DNA from: Okeania sp.
Lineage (GTDB): Bacteria > Cyanobacteriota > Cyanobacteriia > Cyanobacteriales > Microcoleaceae
Reading direction: 5' to 3'
Length of the DNA: 29,589 nt
NCBI RefSeq assembly: GCF_035285525.1
Contig: NZ_JAYKGW010000100.1
Location: 1 to 29,589 of the forward strand
Shown: positions 9,605 to 17,719 of the stretch, one piece after another
Layout: every line of letters starts with the position of its first letter
Position numbering within the stretch: position 1 is the stretch's first letter
Translations under genes and position numbers: made by a program
Notes under the pieces: model-generated
What the model was told of the DNA's origin: nothing
The model's database searches: none
What the model saw: only the letters and a program-made list of their open reading frames with translations

Positions 9605-9634
9605 TGTAGGGGTTTGGTCTCCAAATCCTCTACA
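9605..9634. repeat. TGTAGGGGTTTGGTCTCCAAA..CTACA dispersed palindromic repeat
   Basis: Related copies are at 7211-7232, 20456-20484 (inverted) and 26754-26777 (inverted). Confidence 0.6.
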
Positions 9635-9989
9635 GACTCTTTTCGCTCTTTTCTGATGGTAGAACTTTATTCTCCAAAGCTAGCGGATTTGATATTACAC
9701 ATTATTTTTTGTACACCTTTCCCAGATTAAGCTTTGAGCTTGGCCTTGTAAATACCTGAGCGCTCATTGCTATAATCAACGGGCAAGATGCCCCCATACA
9801 CAACCTTTTAGGGAAATTCCATGAAACTGCCCTACTGTAGTCTAGCCATCAAAAAAAATTATCATCAGCCAGATTAGCACAATAAGCAGTGCTTGTGATA
9901 ATATAACTATCACAAACACTGCTTATTATAATTTGGATAGAGTTTGCTGATTAAAAAGAGTTTTTCAGCAAACCCTAGATATTGAAAAT

Positions 9990-10352
9990 TTAGACGGATG
10001 CGTAGTTTTGTTCCAGTTTTGGAACAACTTCAGAAACAGACAAACTATTCATATAATAAGTTTCACTAGAACAACTCCAGAGAGCTTGCGCTACTCCTAA
10101 GTATCCTTTAGAAACCTTAGATACATTGATAACTGTGCTGATCACTGTGGGTAAACAAGGACTGGGCATGAACGTTGTGATGAAGGTATTAAACATAGAC
10201 CACAAAACTACTACCCAGAAAAAACCTAATGCAGGTAATAAAACTAAGTCAGGCATGACGAAGCAACGCATGCGTTTCCATAGACTTTGTTGAGATACTG
10301 CAGTAACTACGGCAGGCTTCGCAAAAAGGAAATTATTCAGTTTTTCTGTCAT
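9990..10352 (-). CDS. hypothetical membrane protein (120 aa)
   Basis: The long ORF is unusual for an AT-rich region. One clear hydrophobic helix (LVLLPALGFFWVVVLWSMF). No family recognised. Two hairpins lie just downstream at 9942-9973 and 9882-9926. Confidence 0.45.
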   Translation of the reverse strand: MTEKLNNFLFAKPAVVTAVSQQSLWKRMRCFVMPDLVLLPALGFFWVVVLWSMFNTFITTFMPSPCLPTVISTVINVSKVSKGYLGVAQALWSCSSETYYMNSLSVSEVVPKLEQNYASV

Positions 10353-10899
10353 TTTCTTAGATCGTCAGAGTCGTTCTTATCTCACGCAATAAATCAGACC
10401 TATACCAAACAAGGATTTTGAATCGACAATCTGTCTAAATTAAATAAAATTGATATAGAAAGTTGACTCTTCATTCTCCTCTCAATGCCTACGAAGTTAG
10501 CTGACGGGCTAGGGCTGAGAGATTGCCCTTCTCAAAATCTTTTTGCAAGATTTTGGTTACAGAGATAAGCCCCTTAATTTTGGTTCCTCCGCTCCAGCAG
10601 CACTCTTACTGTGCTTTCATGCCGGATTAAGCTGACTGTATTTTGCTGTTATGCTTTTATGAATCTAATATAACTTCTTTTGAAGAAGTTTGTCAAGGTT
10701 TTTTACAAAAAAATTTTATAAATTTTCTCAAGATTTCGAGTCGGGAATTTTAGGCAATATAGAAATATTTTTAAATTATATATTTGTTTAATTTTTATTT
10801 ATAGCTAAAGTCATAAGTTATAAGTCAAAAGTCAAAAGTGAGATGGAGGAACTGTCGAGTTTGCCACATACAGATCGAGATTTACGCAAAGCAACCAAG

Positions 10900-10957
10900 A
10901 AACCGGGTTTATTGTTGTTGTTAAAACCAGGAAATTTAGTTAATAAACCCGGTTTTT
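10900..10957 (+). repeat. hairpin element AAACCGGGTTTATT...AATAAACCCGGTTT plus T-run
   Basis: Perfect 14-nt arms at 10900-10913 and 10942-10955. Same family as 7286-7350 and 27779-27844. Confidence 0.65.
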
Positions 10958-11161
10958 GAGTCCTATCAGATATTAAATTCTTGCTATGAGAATATCTAAT
11001 CTAATTAATGATGACAACCATACCTCATAATTCTGATTAAATTGTGATTATAATCACCAAATTTTGTAATTATAATCAATTACTTTATTAATTTTATATC
11101 ACCTTCTAATTATAAAAAATCTTCAATACTAGAAGTATAGTAGAGTTTGAAGATAACTATC

Positions 11162-11386
11162 ATGTTTCAAGAACCTCCCGTTTATCTACTCCCCTATGCA
11201 CTAGGAGACCTTTTTGCTAATGCTAATGCTAGAGGTTATATAACTTTGGCTGATCGTTATGGCTTAATGGCTGCCATATTTGATGAGTCTTTGCCAGAAG
11301 ATGAAAAGCGCTCCATTGATCGACTACTTTGGGCGATTCGTAAAGGACGTATTAAAATAACGGATGAAATATCTGCTATAGGATAA
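11162..11386 (+). CDS. small hypothetical protein (74 aa from the first ATG)
   Basis: The ORF track starts at TTG 11147 and the first ATG is at 11162. The sequence MFQEPPVYLLPYALGDL..ITLADRYGLMAAIFDESLPEDEKRSIDRLLWAIRKGRI looks like a folded, non-repetitive protein. TATAAT-containing palindromes lie upstream. Confidence 0.5.
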   Translation: MFQEPPVYLLPYALGDLFANANARGYITLADRYGLMAAIFDESLPEDEKRSIDRLLWAIRKGRIKITDEISAIG

Positions 11387-11412
11387 AAGTATGTAGAACT
11401 AAATAAGTAGTC

Positions 11413-11543
11413 ATGCAAAATTAATTTCCAGGAAGGGAATAGGGAACAGGGGGAAAATTTTGATAATTTCTAGATAAGATTGAAGATTTATAATATAATG
11501 TGTAATTGATTTTGCTGATGAAATTATACAATTAATTTTGCAT
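11413..11543. mobile_element. 131-bp MITE-like element with ATGCAAAATTAATT terminal inverted repeats
   Basis: Left end atgcaaaattaatt (11413-11426) and right end aattaattttgcat (11530-11543) are perfect 14-nt inverted repeats. A shorter copy at ~26863-26938 shares gaaaattaatttcc...ggaacag...aattaattttgcataagcactta. Confidence 0.65.
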
Positions 11544-11595
11544 AAGCACTTAATTTCTGATACTTCAGAATAATATAATTTTTGGCTTGACTTAA

Positions 11596-12201
11596 TTAAC
11601 AATCTCCTTTTTTACCATTAGGTAGAGTAGCTCCACATAAATTAGTTTCTTCTAGTTTGGTTTGATTTAGATTGGCATTAGACAAATTTGCATTGGCTAG
11701 ATTGGCATTAGACAAATTTGCATTGGTCAGATTTGTATTAGATAAATTAGCTTTTTCTAGTTTGGTTTGATTTAGATTGGCACTACTTAAATTAGCTCCA
11801 CTTAAGTTAGCTTCCTCCAAATATGCTTGGTATAAATCAGCCCAGGACAAATCAGCATTTTTGAGATTAGCCTGTCGCATGGTTGTACTATACATAGTTG
11901 TTCCTGATAAATTGGCTCCTTCTAAATTCGCCTCAATTAAATTAGCACTACTTAAAATAGCTCCTCCTAAGTCAGCGTCTTTTAGGTTTGCATTTTGTAA
12001 ATTAGCTCCTTGTAAATCAGCTCCACTTAAATCTGCTTCACTTAAGTCAGCTTCACTTAAATCACAACCTGGACATTTATAAGTAGACAATAAACGTTGA
12101 AGATTTTCCATTTTTTTCAGAGAATTAGGTTCAGCAAATACTGGCACTGTTAACCAGAATACTGTTAATAATGTAGTTGTTAATGGATATATAAATTTCA
12201 T
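11596..12201 (-). CDS. secreted pentapeptide-repeat protein
   Basis: Signal peptide MKFIYPLTTTLLTVFWLTVPVFA, followed by ~30 A(D/N)LSx pentapeptide units. Confidence 0.85.
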   Translation of the reverse strand: MKFIYPLTTTLLTVFWLTVPVFAEPNSLKKMENLQRLLSTYKCPGCDLSEADLSEADLSGADLQGANLQNANLKDADLGGAILSSANLIEANLEGANLSGTTMYSTTMRQANLKNADLSWADLYQAYLEEANLSGANLSSANLNQTKLEKANLSNTNLTNANLSNANLANANLSNANLNQTKLEETNLCGATLPNGKKGDC

Positions 12202-12264
12202 ATTTTACTGTCAGGAAAATAATAGATTTTTGGCTATAGTTTTGATTAGCATCATATCATATTT

Positions 12265-12370
12265 AGGACTTACCCATGCGAAACCCGCTTTCTAGAATAA
12301 ATAGTTGTTTTGAGCAGTAATAATCTACCCTCGTAACGGGTTTCTGGGTTCATCTATCTGCGTAAGTCCT
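12265..12370. mobile_element. 106-bp MITE-like element with AGGACTTAC...GTAAGTCCT ends
   Basis: aggacttacccatgcg...ctgcgtaagtcct, plus an internal inverted pair gaaacccg/cgggtttc. Same termini as the elements at 23286-23382 and 23422-23512. Confidence 0.6.
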
Positions 12371-12470
12371 GATATTTTTTAACGTTTTTTTCTTCTTCCT
12401 TCTTCGTTCTTTCTTATTTCTACCATTTGTAACAAATATTTATCATACTTGGTATAATGTTTCAAAGTAA

Positions 12471-13802
<1,332 letters not shown>

Positions 13803-13844
13803 TTTTGATTATTAGAGTGCGCTGTTGAAGTCGGAAAATCTTAG

Positions 13845-13914
13845 GGTGTATGACGGCATTCTTGGTTCAATTTTAGGGAAACTCAAGAAATTTTGTCGTC
13901 ACACACCTTTTTTT
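13845..13914 (+). terminator. rho-independent terminator candidate downstream of serS
   Basis: 14-nt arms ggtgtatgacggca / tgtcgtcacacacc (one mismatch, one G-U). An inner stem ttcttg/caagaa. Followed by T7 at 13908-13914. Confidence 0.65.
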
Positions 13915-14020
13915 CGATGGTAGATATAGCTCCATTATGATGAGGTAAACCTATCGCGGGCAAGATGCCCGCACTACATAATTTTACCATTCATTTCTTG
14001 TGCTTCATCTGTCCAAAAAG

Positions 14021-14105
14021 CTGATAATTGATAACTGAATAAAGGGTTGACTTTAAATGATTTTATGCTATTATTTTCATAATGGGGTAAATGCGCTCAT
14101 ATATA
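14021..14105 (+). repeat. direct repeat R1 (85 nt) carrying a sigma70-like promoter
   Basis: ctgataattgataactgaataaagggttgactt...cataatgggg.a.atgcgctcatatata. By eye ~90% identical to R2 at 15648-15733. Confidence 0.85.
14047..14074 (+). promoter_or_regulatory. candidate promoter TTGACT-N16-TATTAT inside R1
   Basis: -35 at 14047-14052 and -10 at 14069-14074. R2 keeps the equivalent TTGACT-N16-TATGAT. It lies ~75 nt upstream of ATG 14150. Confidence 0.45.
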
Positions 14106-14149
14106 CTTTAAGTTTAATAGCATTAAATTCAGCAAACTTGGAAAATGTC

Positions 14150-14416
14150 ATGCTTGATAATCCAACTTTCAAATTAAATCAACTACCGAAAAATTTACCT
14201 CTCGAAGGTGGAATAAGTATGGAATTAGTAGAAGGGGTTCCTATATTTCGAGCTTCTAAAATTGTTCAGGAACGAATAGAAACTCTCTTGGCTAAACTTC
14301 AAGATTCAGAGCTAGCTTTAGCAGAAGAAAAAGAATTAGATGATTATGAAGAATTGGATGATTATCTCAGTTTTATTAATCGGACTGTGAGGAATATTAT
14401 GCTCAAACAAAATTAA
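14150..14416 (+). CDS. small protein (88 aa) with acidic C-terminal half, upstream partner of the HNH endonuclease
   Basis: Start moved to the internal ATG 14150, because residues 1-31 of the listed ORF lie in the non-coding repeat R1 or its 3' flank. Sequence MLDNPTFKLNQLP..GVPIFRASKIVQERIETLL..ELDDYEELDDYLSFINRTVRN. It ends 20 nt before the HNH gene. Confidence 0.6.
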   Translation: MLDNPTFKLNQLPKNLPLEGGISMELVEGVPIFRASKIVQERIETLLAKLQDSELALAEEKELDDYEELDDYLSFINRTVRNIMLKQN

Positions 14417-14436
14417 TTATAAGAATTTTTATAGTT

Positions 14437-14883
14437 GTGTCTACTAATCGTTATCTTTCAGAAAAAACTATAGAAAAAGTACGGCAAAGGGCAAATTATC
14501 TTTGTGAATATTGCCACGCATCAGAAAAATGGCAGTATGTAAAATTTACTGTAGATCATATAATTCCTCTCAATAAAGCAGGCAGTAACTTAATTAATAA
14601 TTTAGCCTTAGTTTGTTTTCACTGTAATCGAAGAAAGTCTAATAAAATTAGTGCTATTGATGAACAATCTCGCCAAGAAGTACTTTTATTTAATCCTCGA
14701 AATAATCTCTGGCAAGAACATTTTATTTCGTCTACAGATAAAACTTTAATTATTTGCTTAACAGTAATAGGTCGTGCTACAATAAAAACTCTAAATATGA
14801 ATAGAAGTCGAATTATAGATATTCCTATAGCAGATGCGGAAGTTGGTAGACATCTACCTCCAGGTGACCCAATACAAAGCTAG
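14437..14883 (+). CDS. HNH endonuclease (small McrA-like)
   Basis: CEYCH..(23 aa)..DHIIPLNKAGSNLINNLALVCFHCNRRK is a Cys4 plus H-N-H signature. GTG start. Confidence 0.8.
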   Translation: MSTNRYLSEKTIEKVRQRANYLCEYCHASEKWQYVKFTVDHIIPLNKAGSNLINNLALVCFHCNRRKSNKISAIDEQSRQEVLLFNPRNNLWQEHFISSTDKTLIICLTVIGRATIKTLNMNRSRIIDIPIADAEVGRHLPPGDPIQS

Positions 14884-14943
14884 TTTATTAAACAGCAATA
14901 TTTCTGCTGATAACTGATAACTGATAACTGAAAAGGAGCAATT

Positions 14944-15159
14944 ATGAATTTAGTTTGTGAACTTCCTATGGGAATTTCTGAAAATGAGGCTAAGTTGTTC
15001 TTGGCAATAAAATTGTATGAAATTAATAAAATTTCTTTAGGAAAAGCAGCAAAATTAGCAGGATATTCTAAATCAGCTTTTATAGAAATTTTGGGACAAT
15101 ATGAAATCCCTATTTTTAATTATTCTGCTGAAGAATTACGGGAAGAGATAAGTAAATGA
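14944..15159 (+). CDS. UPF0175-family antitoxin-like protein
   Basis: 71 aa. The pattern E.EAKLFLAIKLYE..KISLGKAAKLAG.S...F is typical of UPF0175. AAGGAG Shine-Dalgarno at 14932-14937. Its stop overlaps the next gene's ATG (ATGA). Confidence 0.75.
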   Translation: MNLVCELPMGISENEAKLFLAIKLYEINKISLGKAAKLAGYSKSAFIEILGQYEIPIFNYSAEELREEISK

Positions 15160-15608
15160 CTGATTTAATTATTGCTGATAGTACCTGCTTAATCGGGTTA
15201 GAAAGAATTGGTAAAATAGATTTATTACCACAGATTTTTTCTCAAGTGACAATTCCCCCAGAAGTTCAAAAAGAGTTTGGTATTTATTATTCTTGGTTAA
15301 TTGTTAAAAGTACCCAAAATACAGGAATGGTTAATTCTTTAAAATTATGGGTTGATGATGGAGAAGCAGAGGCTATTACTTTAGCTTATGAGTTAGGTTA
15401 TCGTTTAATTGTTGATGATAAACAAGCAAGAAATACAGCAAAAAAATTAGGGATTGAAATAATAGGAACGGTGGGAGTTTTGATAAAAGCTAAACAGTTA
15501 GGATTGCTTGACCAATTATTGCCTATTTTAAAAGCATTAGAAAGTAATGGTTTTTATTTAAGTCAATCTCTGAAAAAAGAAGCATTGATTTTAGTAAACG
15601 AAAGTTAA
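15156..15608 (+). CDS. DUF3368/PIN-like nuclease (toxin partner of UPF0175)
   Basis: 150 aa. N-terminal IIADSTCLIGL and the central DDGEAEAI..A.E....L.VDDK.AR pattern are acidic PIN-like residues. It overlaps the UPF0175 stop by 4 nt (15156-15159), consistent with translational coupling. Confidence 0.75.
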   Translation: MTDLIIADSTCLIGLERIGKIDLLPQIFSQVTIPPEVQKEFGIYYSWLIVKSTQNTGMVNSLKLWVDDGEAEAITLAYELGYRLIVDDKQARNTAKKLGIEIIGTVGVLIKAKQLGLLDQLLPILKALESNGFYLSQSLKKEALILVNES

Positions 15609-15647
15609 TCTGGGAAAACTGATAATTGAACTATCAAAAGCTGATAA

Positions 15648-15733
15648 CTGATAATTGATAACTGAATAAAGGGTTGACTTGAAATTATTTTGTGCTATGA
15701 TTATTCATAATGGGATAGATGCGCTCATATATA
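15648..15733 (+). repeat. direct repeat R2 (86 nt), second copy of the promoter-bearing repeat
   Basis: See R1. No ORF follows it. Instead 15784-15861 aligns with the last ~10 codons and 3' flank of the PIN gene (15578-15653). Confidence 0.85.
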
Positions 15734-15988
15734 GTCACAGTCAAATTCTGTAATTATCGCCTCCTAAGATAACTTTGATATTTGAGAAGCATGAATTTTA
15801 ATAGAAGAAAATTAATCTGGGAAAACAGAATAACTAAACTATTAAAAGCTGATAACTGATAACTGAAAAGTAGCGATCGCCTGCCGAAAAAAGAAGATAA
15901 TTATAGATAATTTAGTCATCTTCAGATGACTTAAGCTATTAGCCAAAGATTTTAATCTTTGGCTAACTTGCTGGAGTTTCATTAAAAT

Positions 15989-16240
15989 TCATTCAGGTTT
16001 TTGTTGCTCAATATAATCGCGCAAAACTTGATTAATCATAGTTTGATAGTTTGGATTTTGACGTTGAAACCAGTTGACAATATCTGGCTCTAATTTAATC
16101 AAAACCGTTTCTTGAAGTATAGGTTCAACTCTTCTAGCTTTTTGCCAAAATTGTTCGTCAAGTTCAGGAATATCTGAGGTGTCAATCTCAGAATCTTTTA
16201 TATTTTGTAATTCTTTAAGTCGTTCGGGTGATATACTCAT
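15989..16240 (-). CDS. brnA: BrnA-family antitoxin
   Basis: From the internal ATG 16240: MSISPERLKELQNIKDSEIDTSDIPELDEQFW..V.IKLEPDIVNWFQRQ..NYQTMINQVLRDYI. This is the typical BrnA layout. The upstream 26 codons of the listed ORF belong to the brnT remnant in another frame. Confidence 0.7.
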   Translation of the reverse strand: MSISPERLKELQNIKDSEIDTSDIPELDEQFWQKARRVEPILQETVLIKLEPDIVNWFQRQNPNYQTMINQVLRDYIEQQKPE

Positions 16241-16497
16241 AATAAATTCTCCGTTCTTTAAAAGTTGCTTTTCGAGCTGAGATGATACGAATATTACCGT
16301 TACGTTCTGTATGAACAACAGTTATAATTATAACATAATAGAATAGCTCCGGTACTAATTTCGCGAATCTCTCCATAATTATATCTTTCATCAATAACAG
16401 TAAAAACTATGTCATAAAAAATTTCGGCTGCTTCTTCAAAGCTAATACCGTGTTTTCTGATGTTCTGTTAGTTTTTATTTTCGTCCCACTCAAACAT
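16216..16497 (-). pseudogene. brnT: degenerate BrnT (DUF497) toxin gene
   Basis: Reverse-strand translation gives MFEWDENKN*QNIRKHGISFEEAAEIFYD..DERYNYGEIREIS.G. After a 1-nt frame change near ~16345 it continues VIIITVVHTERNGNIRIISARKATFKERRIYYE. The in-frame TAA is at 16468-16470. Confidence 0.6.
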
Positions 16498-16728
16498 TAA
16501 ATTGGTTAGATTTGAGAATATATAAGACTAAGATTTTTCACTCTTTATAATATTTGACAATTATATCTTCTGATATGAAATTTCTAACAAGATAAGCAAT
16601 ATTTCTACTAATAACTGAAATTGTTCAAATTTTCCGAAAACTCCTCACAGAAAACTGGATAAAATATAGGGGGTTTTTATTCCGAAACCCTCAGAAAATA
16701 TTTATTCATATATATTTAGGAGAAACTT

Positions 16729-17328
16729 TTGAGACAAAATATAATAATTCTAGGAATAGGATCACTAGGAATAGGAGCATTCATTCTGGGTGTACTCATT
16801 GCTGCAGGTTTAGGTATTGATATTGTACAAGGTTGGCCACCTCTTTTAGTCAAAAAAACAGACCGCTTTTCTTGCCAGTTAGAATCAGATATCAACCAAG
16901 GTAAAGAAGTTTGGACGGTAATGTATGACAATAATGAAGGTAAATACCCCTGGTTAGGTATTGTGATAACTATGGGAGGAGGTTGGACTCCTGCCGAACG
17001 CTGTTCGGAAATAGAGCGGCGTTTAGAAAATTATCGGCAAGATGGTTTAGTTAAGTTAACATATCGCCAAGATCCTGAAACTCCAGAGCAAGATGTTATT
17101 TGTGCGATAACTAAGTCAAGTAATGGTTGTCCGTTATTGTTGACTTTGAAGAAGGATGTTGATGGTTACGAGGCGTTACGGGAAATAACTTATGCTTTAG
17201 TTTATGGTACGACTGTTTATCATAATAGTGAAGGAAAATCGGTAAATTCTAATTTTTCTAGAGAGTCTCCTGTGGTAGATTTAAAACCTTTTTTGGCAAG
17301 AGAAGATAAGTTGGCAGGAGATAATTAA
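16729..17328 (+). CDS. COP23 (circadian oscillating protein 23) domain protein
   Basis: N-terminal TM segment, then F.C....G..VWTV.....G...PW.......GGGWTPAERC.EI..RL.......L..LT......VICA......C.LLLTL. This matches the conserved Cys and W pattern I recall for COP23. TTG start with a taggag Shine-Dalgarno. Confidence 0.65.
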   Translation: MRQNIIILGIGSLGIGAFILGVLIAAGLGIDIVQGWPPLLVKKTDRFSCQLESDINQGKEVWTVMYDNNEGKYPWLGIVITMGGGWTPAERCSEIERRLENYRQDGLVKLTYRQDPETPEQDVICAITKSSNGCPLLLTLKKDVDGYEALREITYALVYGTTVYHNSEGKSVNSNFSRESPVVDLKPFLAREDKLAGDN

Positions 17329-17371
17329 TAATGGATAATGGATAATGGATAATTGATAATTAGAGAATTAT

Positions 17372-17424
17372 AAGGTTTAAAAAACTCTTTTATTAATTAT
17401 TAGGAGAGTCTTTAAACCTTTTTT
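17372..17424 (+). terminator. terminator candidate after the COP23 gene
   Basis: Stem aaggtttaaa..actct / agagt.tttaaacctt, followed by TTTTT. AT-rich. Confidence 0.5.
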
Positions 17425-17497
17425 GAAAAAATTGGGAATAATCCCGAAGACAGTTATTATGATTAATTGAACTATATTAATATTTTTATCTGGAAAA

Positions 17498-17719
17498 ATG
17501 CCGAAAAAGGTTAGAGAATTAAAACAAATCTTGCAAAAAGCAGGATTTTCACTCTTAACTAAACGTGGGAAAGGTAGTCATTCCTACTGGTTTCACCCGC
17601 TTCTGGCAAAACCTGTTATTCTTTCTGGTAAGGATGGAAATGATGCCAAGCTTTATCAGGAGAAAAATGTTATGACAGTATTAGAGGAACTTGCTAGGTT
17701 AGAAGAAGGAGATGTTTAA
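17498..17719 (+). CDS. hicA: HicA-family mRNA interferase toxin
   Basis: 73 aa. MPKKVRELKQILQKAGFSLLTKRGKGSHSYWFHP is the canonical HicA N-terminus. Confidence 0.8.
   Translation: MPKKVRELKQILQKAGFSLLTKRGKGSHSYWFHPLLAKPVILSGKDGNDAKLYQEKNVMTVLEELARLEEGDV

Noticed and set aside
9443-9730. 95-aa ORF upstream of the methyltransferase
   Set aside because: It spans the dispersed TGTAGGGGTTTGGTCTCCAAA repeat, has odd composition, and has no recognisable motif. It is likely intergenic.
10400-10474. 24-codon minus-strand micro-ORF preceded by GAGGAG in the leader of the 120-aa ORF
   Set aside because: The Shine-Dalgarno to ATG spacing is only ~1-2 nt, and ORFs of this length are frequent by chance. 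It is kept only as context for the structured-leader hypothesis.
10505-10580. Resemblance of GGCUGAGAGAUUGCCC to the TPP riboswitch CUGAGA core
   Set aside because: The second conserved TPP element (ACCUGAUCUGGAUAAUGCCAGCG-like) is absent and the downstream gene is not thiamine-related.
10843-10962. 39-aa ORF MEELSSLPHTDRDLRKATKKPGLLLLLKPGNLVNKPGF
   Set aside because: Its 3' half is the AAACCGGGTTTATT hairpin repeat, so it is most likely a non-coding element.
11411-11602. 63-aa ORF
   Set aside because: It is almost entirely made of the ATGCAAAATTAATT-TIR MITE and overlaps the stop region of the pentapeptide gene.
11777-12082. 101-aa ORF antisense to the pentapeptide-repeat gene
   Set aside because: It is a frame artefact of the 15-nt periodic repeat (KLAPLKLAS...). 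The minus-strand ORF has a signal peptide and canonical A(D/N)LSx units.
14057-14149. N-terminal 31 codons of the listed ORF 14057..14416
   Set aside because: Its first 16 codons lie inside repeat R1, which recurs at 15648-15733 with no ORF behind it and carries promoter-like boxes. An internal ATG at 14150 gives a more plausible start.
16716-16931. 71-aa antisense ORF over the COP23 start
   Set aside because: It overlaps the better-supported COP23 ORF and has no motif.
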